Shown here in pieces: positions 17,900-26,883 of a DNA stretch of 64,000 nucleotides. The notes under the pieces were generated by a model. That model was given only the letters and a program-made list of their open reading frames with translations, was not told the DNA's origin and searched no databases. Origin of the DNA: an uncultured Ruminococcus sp. (lineage in GTDB: Bacteria > Bacillota > Clostridia > Oscillospirales > Ruminococcaceae); contig CACZJT010000005.1 in NCBI GenBank assembly GCA_902781565.1, forward strand, positions 11,902-75,901, in the 5' to 3' direction. The position numbers were made by a program, and so were the translations under genes. Position 1 is the stretch's first letter; each line of letters begins with the position of its first letter.

Positions 17900-18816
17900 T
17901 ATTCGCCGTCCTCGCCGGGCGCCGCCGAAGCCGCCGATCTGATGACCGCGAAAGCGTTCTTATCGAGGATAGCCCAACCGAGGTACACCTCCGCACGAAT
18001 GTATATCTCATTGTAGCCCTTGAGGTCGCGTCCGCTGTTGTCGGGATCGCCGTACTTGATGACCTCGAAGGGTATCTGCTTGGAATAGCCCCACTTGAAG
18101 CCCTTTCCAAAGTCGCCCACGATCGCGCGGTCAAGAGAACTATTGAAGCTCACGGTGTTGTTGCAGGCGGCTTTCAGACCGTTCAGCGTGCCAGCCATCG
18201 CGCCCCATGTGAGTTCGGGGAACATCTTGTGACCGTCATTATACGTGAGCTTCGACAGGTCGGAGCGGAAGGTCGGCGAAAGCGCGATGCCGTCCACGTC
18301 GAAATCGGCGGTGATTATGCCCTCGATCGCACGCTCGACAAGGTCGTTCGCGTCCTCGCCCGTTTCGGGAGTTATCACGGTAACGCCGTTGTCGAAGTGG
18401 TTGGTGCCGATAAGTGTCGCAGCCTGCTTGCTCCTCGGGTTCACGCCGTGAAACGCCATGATGTCAAGACCGCGTGCAACTTTCTTTGCGAAACCGTCAT
18501 TGAATGCCGCAAACACGTCGAGCTTTGCATCATCGCTCGCGTACATAAATTCATCGGACATTCTCGCACCGTACTCGACTTTCAGCGGAGCGATGGTGCG
18601 GCTTCCGAGAGCCATGTGACCGCGGGACTTTGCGCCGCCCTCGGCTACGAGATCAACTTCATCGTCCATGCTGAAAGTATACTCTTTCTGTCCGTTGAAC
18701 GGAACGGGATTCGCCCCGCAAAGCACCGCCAGCGCGCTCGAACCCTTGACCTTGCTCACGAGATCACGCACGATCTCGGGGTCGAAAAGATTTCCTCTTG
18801 TTACGATATCAGCCAT
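17899..18816 (-). CDS. Major capsid protein
   Basis: KVKGSSALA...KVEYGARMSDEF...YGDPDNSGRDLKGYNEIYIRAE. Confidence 0.93.
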   Translation of the reverse strand: MADIVTRGNLFDPEIVRDLVSKVKGSSALAVLCGANPVPFNGQKEYTFSMDDEVDLVAEGGAKSRGHMALGSRTIAPLKVEYGARMSDEFMYASDDAKLDVFAAFNDGFAKKVARGLDIMAFHGVNPRSKQAATLIGTNHFDNGVTVITPETGEDANDLVERAIEGIITADFDVDGIALSPTFRSDLSKLTYNDGHKMFPELTWGAMAGTLNGLKAACNNTVSFNSSLDRAIVGDFGKGFKWGYSKQIPFEVIKYGDPDNSGRDLKGYNEIYIRAEVYLGWAILDKNAFAVIRSAASAAPGEDGE

Positions 18817-18846
18817 AGTGTCATACCTCCTGAATTTAAAATATTT

Positions 18847-19260
18847 TTATTCTTCGCCGCCGAACATCGCCGCCGCGCCGCGCTGCATGGCGGCGGACAG
18901 CTTGTCAGCGGAGCTTTCCGTACTTTTCAGCGGTGCTGTCACCGCCGTGTACTCGCATAGCTTCTTCGCGTCGGCGCGAAGCTCCTCCTCGGTCGTTCCC
19001 GAGAGCCTGTCCGCCAGCTCGTACCGCAAGCCGCTCTCGCGTGCGACCTTGTTTTTCAGAGCGTTCAGCTCGTGCGCCTTGTTTGCGCTGTCAAGCTCCG
19101 CGTTGGTCTTTTCGAGCTTTGCCGCCTTGTCGGTCAGCGTTTTGATACGCTTCTCGTACTCCGCAACATTCTCGGGGGAAGCGTATCCCTCGAACTTAGC
19201 CCTCTCCGCCGCAAGCAGCTCGTCGAGCTTCTCCTGTGTGGTTATCGGTTCAAAATCCAT
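18847..19260 (-). CDS. Capsid scaffolding protein (DUF4355-like)
   Basis: FEPITTQEKLD...LADRLSGTTEEELRADA. Confidence 0.85.
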   Translation of the reverse strand: MDFEPITTQEKLDELLAAERAKFEGYASPENVAEYEKRIKTLTDKAAKLEKTNAELDSANKAHELNALKNKVARESGLRYELADRLSGTTEEELRADAKKLCEYTAVTAPLKSTESSADKLSAAMQRGAAAMFGGEE

Positions 19261-19290
19261 ACTGCACCTCCGTTAAAATTTTTGTATAAT

Positions 19291-19319
19291 AAAAGCACCC
19301 CGCCGAAGCGGAGTGCCTT
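19291..19319 (-). terminator. Intrinsic terminator-like hairpin after terL
   Basis: GCACTCCGC-ttcg-GCGGGGTGC-TTTT on the minus strand. Confidence 0.55.
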
Positions 19320-20762
19320 TTAAACATAAACCGTCTGTATCTCTTCCTCATCTTCTGCCGACGCGCACGCCAGGTGCGCAAGGCTCACCGCTTCGAGGAG
19401 CGTTACGTCAGCCTTGTCGAGCATGGAACGGTAGCCGAAGCCGCCGTTGTTTCCGATCGCGCGGTGTTCCGAATTGCTCACCGACTGTTCGAGAGCGGGC
19501 TGTCCCGCATGGCATATGCCGCCCGAAAAAAGCCGCTTCTCGAAGAGCGCGTTCGCTTCCACGATGTCCGAGACCTTGGGCAGGGTCGGCACAAGCTCAA
19601 TGCCCGCGTCCTCCATCTCAGCGGCTAATATCTGCTGATTCCCCGCGCCGTCAATGACCACCGCCGTCACGTTGGGATTTTTCATGTAAGCTATGAGCCA
19701 CGCATTCCCGTCCCGCTGTGAGCGGCAGTCGAGAGCTTCCACGAATATCCTGTCCGCGTCGAGCCTTACAGCTACCGCCGCCGAGACATTTTCCGTATCC
19801 TTGCCGTACTTCACACCGATGAAAAGCGGGTGATCTTCGGGGAGCGCGGGCGGCTCTTTGAGCGCTCTTTCACGCCATTCGGCTCGGCTTATCGCCGACT
19901 TCTGACTGTAGAGTATCCACAAACCCAGCCGCTGTATGTTGTCGTCGAGGAAGTACGGATCGGTGTTCAGCTCACTTCTGACTGTACGCTCCGAAAGTAT
20001 GACCCCGAGGGAGGGATTCGTTTCGTACCAAAGCTCGACATCGTGGGCGTTCGAGAGCTTGCTCACGCCCCATTCCGCCCAGCCGCTGTCGGTCTCCTTG
20101 CCCGATAGGACTTTCTCGCGGAAGTCGGCGAAAACCGCGCCGCCGGAGACCGCCGTCGGCGGCGTTCCGCACATCAGGGTCTGCGGGTTCGGACTGTCGG
20201 TGACGACGTATTTGAGCGCCGTTTCCTGATCGGTGGTGTATTCCTGCGCCTCATCAATTATCAGAAGATCGTAGCCCTCGCCGAGCCCGCCCGTACCCGT
20301 GCGGGTGCGGAAATTTATGATCCCCGGCTCACCATCGCGGCTTTTCAGCCATTTGATATGCTCAAGACCATGACCCCTTGTGGTCTTGTAGTCCTCGTTC
20401 AGCCTGAAGCCCATTTTATCGAGCAGGCGGATAATTTTCAGATACGCGTTCGATGATGTGGTAGTCCTGTGCGCCGTGTAGAGCACCTGTTCTCCGTGGG
20501 TCAAGCCCCATATCGCCCGCATGATGAGCAGCTCCGACTTGCCGTTTCGGCGTGGGATAGACCACCCGAATTTCATGTGTGTCCACAAGCCCTCATCGTT
20601 CACAGCCATGATGTCCGACATCATGAGCTCCTGCCACTCTATAGCCTTCTGCCCCGACTGCTCGTAGAGGAGCACTGCCGCGCCCCCCTTGGTATCCTCG
20701 TAGGGCAGCACCACCGAATCCGTCGGGGTCTGCCGCCCGATACGCTTATCGGGAGCGTTCAA
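19320..20762 (-). CDS. terL: Terminase large subunit
   Basis: PRRNGKS Walker A, LLIIDEAQE Walker B, GTPP coupling motif. Confidence 0.93.
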   Translation of the reverse strand: MNAPDKRIGRQTPTDSVVLPYEDTKGGAAVLLYEQSGQKAIEWQELMMSDIMAVNDEGLWTHMKFGWSIPRRNGKSELLIMRAIWGLTHGEQVLYTAHRTTTSSNAYLKIIRLLDKMGFRLNEDYKTTRGHGLEHIKWLKSRDGEPGIINFRTRTGTGGLGEGYDLLIIDEAQEYTTDQETALKYVVTDSPNPQTLMCGTPPTAVSGGAVFADFREKVLSGKETDSGWAEWGVSKLSNAHDVELWYETNPSLGVILSERTVRSELNTDPYFLDDNIQRLGLWILYSQKSAISRAEWRERALKEPPALPEDHPLFIGVKYGKDTENVSAAVAVRLDADRIFVEALDCRSQRDGNAWLIAYMKNPNVTAVVIDGAGNQQILAAEMEDAGIELVPTLPKVSDIVEANALFEKRLFSGGICHAGQPALEQSVSNSEHRAIGNNGGFGYRSMLDKADVTLLEAVSLAHLACASAEDEEEIQTVYV

Positions 20763-22003
20763 ATGCCCGTCAGCCGCCTCAGCTTATCCTCGGTGAAGTA
20801 GTCGGGGAAGGCTTGCTGAATTTTCAGCACCGCGTCGCCCAGCGTCCCCAGCTCAGACGGCTCGACCGTGAATATCGGCTGCCAGTCGCAGCGGACGTCT
20901 TTTGCGATCGTGCGGCTGTAGCTTTGCCTGTCACGCAGGCAGGCGGCGAGGTAGCCGACGTTTTTCAGACCCGTCCCGAACGTTCTTTGCGCCGCCTGCG
21001 CCGTCAGCCGCAGGTTCTCGTGAGCGGCTTTGATAGCTTCGGCAGTGGTGGGGTTCGAGGTGGAGAATCCGAGATCATCAAGAGTAAGACCGTTCTCACC
21101 TGCGAAAACCGAGGCGAACATTTTGAGCTGTTCGGTGTAGGGGGTCATGCTCTGCTGCTGGAACTGCCCGATGACGGGGTGATCTCCCGACTTCGGGTCC
21201 TTGTCGAAGCGCAGAAGGGTGGAGATGGTCGCTTTCCACTTGTCGAAGGGCGTAGACTTGGGGCTTAGACCGAGGACGTATTTTTGCGGGAAGCTGTAAA
21301 ACTCCGCGCTGACCTCCGAGCGCCACAGAGTACGCGCGGCAGACCTCACAAGTGCCATATTCGAGCGCGAAATGCGGCTGTGACCGAAGGGACGGCTCGC
21401 GTCGGGCTTAAATATCATAGGCACAAGGAGCGCGTAGGGAGCTTTGTGGGTGAAGGTCTCGGAGAGCTTTCCGCGGCGGTATATCTCCGTCCTGCCCGCG
21501 GTGAAGTAGGCTTCGACGGTCGGCTCGGAGAGCGAGGAGAACTCGTTTTCGGGGGCATATCGACCGTCCCGTTCGAGGACAGCGTAGCCCTCGGTCAGAA
21601 GGTTAGTGATCGGGTCGATAACGCCCGTAGCCTCGTGACCGTTTATCACCTGCAAGCGGGGGTAGCCCGTTTCGTCGGAGCTGATGTACACGAAGCTGCA
21701 AGCCGCGATGAGCGCGTCCTTTATCGCCGCGCCCGCGAAAATATCTCGGCTGTTCATGTCAAACAGCTCGTTCAAATAATAATCATCATCGGTGAAGCGG
21801 TCGAAAACGAGCCTGTCCGCGAGGGTGTCCACCGCCTTGGCACACCAGCCGAGGACGGCTTTTAGGCTCGCGAACTGCGGCGGGATAATGGTCGCCGTAG
21901 TGTCAAAGCTGTTTTTCATGTCGTAATAGCGATACCGCAGCCGAACGCGGCTTTGCTTCGCGGCGAGTTTCCGCCGAAGATGTTCTATGCCGTAGGTCTG
22001 CAT
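20759..22003 (-). CDS. Portal protein
   Basis: LGWCAKAVDTLADRL...RPFGHSRISR...AEFYSFPQKY. Confidence 0.9.
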   Translation of the reverse strand: MQTYGIEHLRRKLAAKQSRVRLRYRYYDMKNSFDTTATIIPPQFASLKAVLGWCAKAVDTLADRLVFDRFTDDDYYLNELFDMNSRDIFAGAAIKDALIAACSFVYISSDETGYPRLQVINGHEATGVIDPITNLLTEGYAVLERDGRYAPENEFSSLSEPTVEAYFTAGRTEIYRRGKLSETFTHKAPYALLVPMIFKPDASRPFGHSRISRSNMALVRSAARTLWRSEVSAEFYSFPQKYVLGLSPKSTPFDKWKATISTLLRFDKDPKSGDHPVIGQFQQQSMTPYTEQLKMFASVFAGENGLTLDDLGFSTSNPTTAEAIKAAHENLRLTAQAAQRTFGTGLKNVGYLAACLRDRQSYSRTIAKDVRCDWQPIFTVEPSELGTLGDAVLKIQQAFPDYFTEDKLRRLTGI

Positions 22004-22018
22004 TTTTTCACCTCTGTT

Positions 22019-22283
22019 TCAAACTGACGTATGCTTCACGCGGTCGGCGACCTCCGCGCGCTTGGCGTTGTTGAAGCGGTCGAGAGTGCCGACGAGGTAG
22101 CCCGTTATGCGCCGTATGCGCTGGAACGGCACGGGGGGCGAAGTCGTAGCTCAGATCAACGTAATCGCCGTCGAGCGTGATATTCACGACTCCGTTTCGG
22201 TGCGGATATGTGTTGTTCGCGTGGTTCAGATACGCCTGCAATTCCGCTTCGGGGATATCGGGGTGAGTGCCTATCGTTATCAT
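22019..22283 (-). CDS. Stand-alone NrdD-type glycyl-radical domain protein (87 aa), needs a +1 shift in the C6 run at 22133-22138
   Basis: 50 codons (...YDFAP) then +1 frame VPFQRIRRITGYLVGTLDRFNNAKRAEVADRVKHTSV. Confidence 0.7.
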
Positions 22284-22287
22284 GGGG

Positions 22288-22395
22288 TCAGCTCCTTTCG
22301 TGTCGTTCGAGAGCCTTCCGCATACGCGCCGTCATGGTTTGAGCCGTGATGTATGCGGCAAGCTGTATCAGAAAACAGCGGAGATATTTTTTCAT
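22288..22395 (-). CDS. 35-aa hypothetical peptide
   Basis: MKKYLRCFLIQLAAYITAQTMTARMRKALERHERS; RBS AAAGGAG identical to that of the next gene. Confidence 0.45.
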   Translation of the reverse strand: MKKYLRCFLIQLAAYITAQTMTARMRKALERHERS

Positions 22396-22560
22396 GGGGT
22401 CAGCTCCTTTCGGGTATAAGAAAACCGCCCTGCGGTTGCAGAGCGGTGCGTTTATTCTTTGGTGGTTTGCGACATTCCCCGACTTGGACATTCACGCCGA
22501 AGGGGTACAAGAATATCGGGAATATGTTCTATTTTGACGGCATTACACCACCATTATCTG

Positions 22561-22740
22561 TTATAAACCTCTGTATTTATATTCAAAGCAGTTTGGAGTA
22601 TTGCAAAAAATCGTAAATGAAGTTGTTCCTTGTGTTTTATGCAATGGTTTACCGCAAAAAGGGCAAAGTGTCACTTTATTTGATTTAGAAAAATAGTTCT
22701 TTAAAAAATCTGAAACAGCAGTAAATTTGTTGTTAGCCAT
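22561..22740 (-). CDS. 59-aa zinc-ribbon protein, candidate immunity partner (absent from the ORF track)
   Basis: MANNKF...CPFCGK...CNTPNC...YRGL; overlaps the stop of the upstream gene; AT-rich. Confidence 0.65.
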   Translation of the reverse strand: MANNKFTAVSDFLKNYFSKSNKVTLCPFCGKPLHKTQGTTSFTIFCNTPNCFEYKYRGL

Positions 22741-23965
22741 ATAAAATACCCCTTATAAAGTCGTTGTATTTAATTGTTACACCAGCTTCTTTTGCTCTTT
22801 CTAAGGCATCAAGCACTAAATAGGCGCGATCTTCATCGGTCAGCCCCGGACAGTTTTTCGCGGCTAAATAGCTCGCTCGAAATTCATCGTTCCACGCCCC
22901 CGGTTCCAGCGTGGTAAACCTATTGGCTCTATGTCCATAATACTCGTGAGCAATCGCGGCACGTTCGCTCATTAAATCGCGTGGGTGTTTTGAACCATCA
23001 TTTGACGGGAAAATATTTGAACTGATGTAAACTATGTCCTCTTCATCCAAATAGTGACTTCCGACATTATCTACAAATGCAAAATGTTGAATATCTGCAC
23101 CAATCGCTTCAATTTCTTTTTGCAGATGTGCTTTTTCAGAATCAGATAACGGAATAAATGGGCTTTTCCGCATACCGTTTGCCATTTGTCTAATTATACC
23201 ACCATTCGCCGCGCCTGTCAACCTATGCGGCACCTTTTCGGCACCCTGCACAGCTCCGCGGTGGAGCTCCTTCGCGGGCGGGACTGTCCATGTCGCTTTA
23301 GACCACACGTCCTGCCTTGCTCCGCCCTTCGTCCCGTAGGTAACGGTGCAGGTGCAGTTGTCGTGGCGGCGGTACACGTCCTTCGGGACGTTGTCGGGGT
23401 ACTTGAAATGCCCGATCAGCTTCGCGCACCAGGGACAGCATTTGCCCCCGCCTTGCCGGTCAATGAACGTGTCGAAACCCGCACGGGAGCGCTTCTCCGC
23501 ATTGGCTTTCATGAAGTCGTCCGCAAAGCTCATGGTGATCGTCTCGGCGGGTGAGGTCACGCGCCGCAGGGTCTTCTCCCACGGTATGCCCTCTGCGCTC
23601 GCCGCACTTATGACGTCGTTCACGCGCTCGGTCGGGAACTCGGGGCGCACGGGCTTGATACGTATGCCTTCCCGCTCGTCAAGTTCCCTCTGTACCTGCT
23701 CCGCCGCACCGTTCACAAGCTCGTGATTTTCTCGGAGCGAGGGTTCGAGAATGCTCCGCGCGATGTTGTAATAAAGCTGACCGTCCGGCAGAACGTCGGG
23801 GCTGAGGTTCGCCGCGATCGCCCGCGAAAGCGCCCGTCCGACCCGACCCGAATACCCGCTCACGTCAGCCATGCTGCGAAGCTCCCGCGCTTTACCCAGC
23901 TGTTTCAGGAAGTCGGCGTGTATCTTATCATACAATTCCGCACCGATGTCAATATTTTCGTTCAT
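22733..23965 (-). CDS. Minor head (MuF-like) protein with C-terminal metallopeptidase-like extension
   Basis: LPDGQLYYNIA..IL, CCPWC...RRHDNCTCTV; extension with AIAHEYYGH...DEFRASY. Confidence 0.75.
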   Translation of the reverse strand: MNENIDIGAELYDKIHADFLKQLGKARELRSMADVSGYSGRVGRALSRAIAANLSPDVLPDGQLYYNIARSILEPSLRENHELVNGAAEQVQRELDEREGIRIKPVRPEFPTERVNDVISAASAEGIPWEKTLRRVTSPAETITMSFADDFMKANAEKRSRAGFDTFIDRQGGGKCCPWCAKLIGHFKYPDNVPKDVYRRHDNCTCTVTYGTKGGARQDVWSKATWTVPPAKELHRGAVQGAEKVPHRLTGAANGGIIRQMANGMRKSPFIPLSDSEKAHLQKEIEAIGADIQHFAFVDNVGSHYLDEEDIVYISSNIFPSNDGSKHPRDLMSERAAIAHEYYGHRANRFTTLEPGAWNDEFRASYLAAKNCPGLTDEDRAYLVLDALERAKEAGVTIKYNDFIRGILYG

Positions 23966-24054
23966 AAAATATTCACTCCCTGTGAAATTTGTGCAGTGAC
24001 GGCGGAACCTCTGAGCCGAAAAATGCGAGGGTCTCCCTCCCCCCGTGACCGCTG

Positions 24055-24396
24055 TCAGACCGTGTGCCAGTCGAAGGTCTGCGGCAAGAGCCTGTTGGAC
24101 ACGACTTCCGGTGCTTTGGTGAACTGCCTTTGCCCCGACAGCTTATCTGATTTCTGACGGTTACAGCAGAAATGCGCGAGCTGCAAGTTCGCAAGATCGG
24201 AAGGGTGCCCGCCTTGATTTATCGGGATAATGTGGTCGATCGTCGCGGACATCGGGTGCGGATATTTAAGCGACTTATCGACGGGGCGCCCGCATATCCC
24301 GCATACCTCCTGCGAGGCGAGTATGCGTTTTCTGTTGGTCTCAAACTGTCCGCGATGTCCCTTGAAGACCTCTGCGCGCGAGCGCGTATCGGGCAT
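24055..24396 (-). CDS. Packaging-associated HNH endonuclease
   Basis: CGICG..VD...TIDHIIP..GG...NLQLAH.CCN..KSDK; first gene of the late region. Confidence 0.85.
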   Translation of the reverse strand: MPDTRSRAEVFKGHRGQFETNRKRILASQEVCGICGRPVDKSLKYPHPMSATIDHIIPINQGGHPSDLANLQLAHFCCNRQKSDKLSGQRQFTKAPEVVSNRLLPQTFDWHTV

Positions 24397-24559
24397 ATAT
24401 CGTCATCTCCCGTTCGTGTCCGCGCTCCCGTGCGGGGGGAGGACGGTGCTTCGCCGTTCCCACGGTAAGAGTAGGGCGGGTCCAAAAACAACACCCCCGT
24501 TTCTCGCGGAGGTGCTGTTGGTGGGTGCTATTGTCGGAGTACGTACTGTCTCCAGTTTA

Positions 24560-24594
24560 ATTATAACACATAAAAACCGACACAATCGACACAA
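24560..24594 (-). promoter_or_regulatory. Putative late promoter with activator direct repeats
   Basis: CGACACAA x2 (24578-24594) just after the activator gene, then TGtTATAAT with no -35. Confidence 0.5.
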
Positions 24595-24596
24595 CT

Positions 24597-24986
24597 TTAT
24601 CCCACGAGGAATCTTTTTATCCTGTTTCTCACGCAATGTTCGGACATTCCTCCACCCAACATCATGGCTACCTGCCAATAAGTCGGCTTGCGCTCGCCCG
24701 AAATGAATTTCAGCTCGAACATTCGGCGCGTCTGAGGGTCGGGTATCTCCTGCACGAACCGCTCCACCTCCGTGATCTCTGCTTCGAGGGCGGCGATCTC
24801 ACGCTCTAACGCCGCGACCCTCGGGGTCGAGGGATAGCCCTCCGCATAGCGGGTGGTTTTGGCGAAACTCGGCGCTCCCCGCGAGCCCGACACGGGCTCA
24901 CAAACGTAATGCTCCGCAAGCTCTTCCCGCAGACGGTCAAGTTTAAGTCCGATGCTTCGGTAGGCTCTCAGTCGGTCAAGGGTCAT
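24597..24986 (-). CDS. Late transcriptional activator (RinA/ArpU-like)
   Basis: Coiled coil then IPDPQTRRMFELKFI...TYWQVA HTH; last gene of the replication module. Confidence 0.7.
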   Translation of the reverse strand: MTLDRLRAYRSIGLKLDRLREELAEHYVCEPVSGSRGAPSFAKTTRYAEGYPSTPRVAALEREIAALEAEITEVERFVQEIPDPQTRRMFELKFISGERKPTYWQVAMMLGGGMSEHCVRNRIKRFLVG

Positions 24987-24992
24987 CGTGTA

Positions 24993-26392
24993 TCACTCCT
25001 TCTCTTTGACAGTTCCTGTACTTCCTTTCGCCGCTCTGATACGCGCTTTAAGGCTCTCGATCAGTGCGTCCTGGGCGGCGTCCTTGCTTTGAAGTGCCGC
25101 TATTACGTCCATGTCACGGCTGTCTTTTACTACCAGCTCATGTACAAAGACCGCAGAGGACTGACCCTGCCTGTGCAGTCGCTTGTTCGCCTGTTGGAAA
25201 AGCTCTAAGCTCCAGTTCAGTCCGAACCATATCACATGATTGCCGCCCGCCTGCAAGTTCAGACCGTAGGCGCAGGACGCGGGGTGCGCCAGCAGCACAT
25301 CGAGCTCGCGGCGGTTCCAGAGTTCCGCGTCGGCGGCGGTCTTTAGTACGCGCACGCGCTTCTTCGCCTTTGCGAGAGCCGCAGTCAGCCGTTCGAGATC
25401 ATGACGGAAATTGTAGAATACCAACGCAGGCTGACCGTTCAGGCGCTCCATAAGCTCCATAAAGGCTTCGATCTTGCAGCCGTGCAGCGGGAGCCACTTG
25501 TCCGAATCGGTGTAGACCGCCCCGTTGCAAAGCTGCAAGAGCTTGTTGCTGAGAGCTGCCGCACTCCCCGCGTCTATGACGTTCTCGTCGATGGTCAGCA
25601 GCATTTCGCGCTCCATTTCGTCATACGCCTTCTGCGCCTTCGCGTCAAGACGGACGGGAACGAGGTCGTAAACGAGGTCGGGCAATTGCAGGTAATCCTC
25701 CGACTTCATGCTTATGCAGATGTCGCTTATCCGCCGCTGTATCTCGGCAGCCGCGCCCTCGTTTATCTCATAAGTCGTGAAATGCCCGCCGTGGGTGTTC
25801 GCTCGGAAAAAGCTCTCGCGGAAAGCCGTTATGTTCCTGCCGAGCCGTGCGCCCTCGTCCAGAAGATAAAGCTGCGCCCATAAGTCCGCAAGCCCGTTCG
25901 GCGCGGGCGTTCCCGTCAGCTCGACTATGCGCGATACGTGAGGTCTTATCCACGTAAGAGCCTTGAACCGCTTCGCCCGATGATTCTTGAAGCTGCTGCT
26001 CTCGTCGATAACGACCATATCGAAAAACCACGAATTACGAAGATAGTCCGCAAGCCATACAACGTTCTCCCGGTTGATAACGTAAATGTCGGCGGGAGTG
26101 TACACCGCCCGTATACGCTGCTTTTCGCTGCCGAGAATAAGGCTGAACCGCAGGTGCTTCAAATGCTCCCACTTCGCTGCTTCGGTGCTCCACGTTGCTT
26201 CAGCGACCTTCTTTGGCGCGATCACAAGTACGCGGCGTACCGCAAAACGATTGTAGATAAGCTCGTTCGCCCCTGTCAGCGTGACGACTGTTTTTCCTAA
26301 GCCTAACCCATGTCCAAGAACAGACCCAACATCGGCGTATCAAGTATGCGCCCGATACAGTAGCGCTGGTATTCATGCGGCTTGAACATCAT
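24993..26392 (-). CDS. SNF2-family helicase interrupted by a 5-nt insertion with in-frame TAG (26303-26305); 464 aa if bypassed
   Basis: MMFKPHEYQ...LFLDMG*, then shifted frame LGKTVVTL...VVIDESS...LTGTP...GLNLQ...RLHRQGQ. Confidence 0.85.
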
Positions 26393-26883
26393 GTGGCATC
26401 ACCCTCTTTCTTTTTGTCGTGCTCCGCGTGCCATGCAGCGTGCTCCGCTTGACTGCTGAAAACCATAAGATTTTCGCGGTCGTTATTTTGCTTGTTTCCG
26501 TCAATGTGGTGAACGACCTCACCGCGTTTCAATTCTCGCCCCAGTGAAAGCTCCGCGACGGTTCTGTGAAGATGCCGCCCAAAGAATTTCGGATAGCTTT
26601 TGCGTTTTGCCGGTGTTAAAAGATGCGCTTTGCGTATTTTCAGACGAACCGCGGGGGTCATTCTGTTCGGATTTAGCGCCGCGTTTAAGCGCTTCATATT
26701 CTGCGACATTCCCGCATAATTTTTTAGCGTCGTATATCCCGACGGATTTTTTGTTTTTGACGAGAATGAAGCCAAACAAGCTCTGCCACAAAAATTGTGC
26801 TTTGTGATTTTGGAAGGATACTTCCAAATCTCTGCGCCGCAAAAGTCGCATTTTACGGCTATCTTACCCTTTGCGAAATTCAA
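26389..26883 (-). CDS. Free-standing HNH (homing-type) endonuclease
   Basis: CxxC...FCxxxC zinc finger; HRTVAE..LGR.L..GEVVHHIDGNKQNN..ENL; AT-richer than neighbours. Confidence 0.85.
   Translation of the reverse strand: MNFAKGKIAVKCDFCGAEIWKYPSKITKHNFCGRACLASFSSKTKNPSGYTTLKNYAGMSQNMKRLNAALNPNRMTPAVRLKIRKAHLLTPAKRKSYPKFFGRHLHRTVAELSLGRELKRGEVVHHIDGNKQNNDRENLMVFSSQAEHAAWHAEHDKKKEGDAT

Noticed and set aside
24400-24480. GC-rich structured stretch as a phage tRNA
   Set aside because: No cloverleaf, T-loop GTTC arm or CCA end recognisable.
24993-26225. 410-aa helicase starting at GTG 26225
   Set aside because: It would lack the Q motif and Walker A; the true N-terminus lies at 26392-26306 in another frame.
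26289-26392. Group I intron or intein in the helicase
   Set aside because: The insertion is only 5 nt and the HNH gene lies outside the helicase reading frame.
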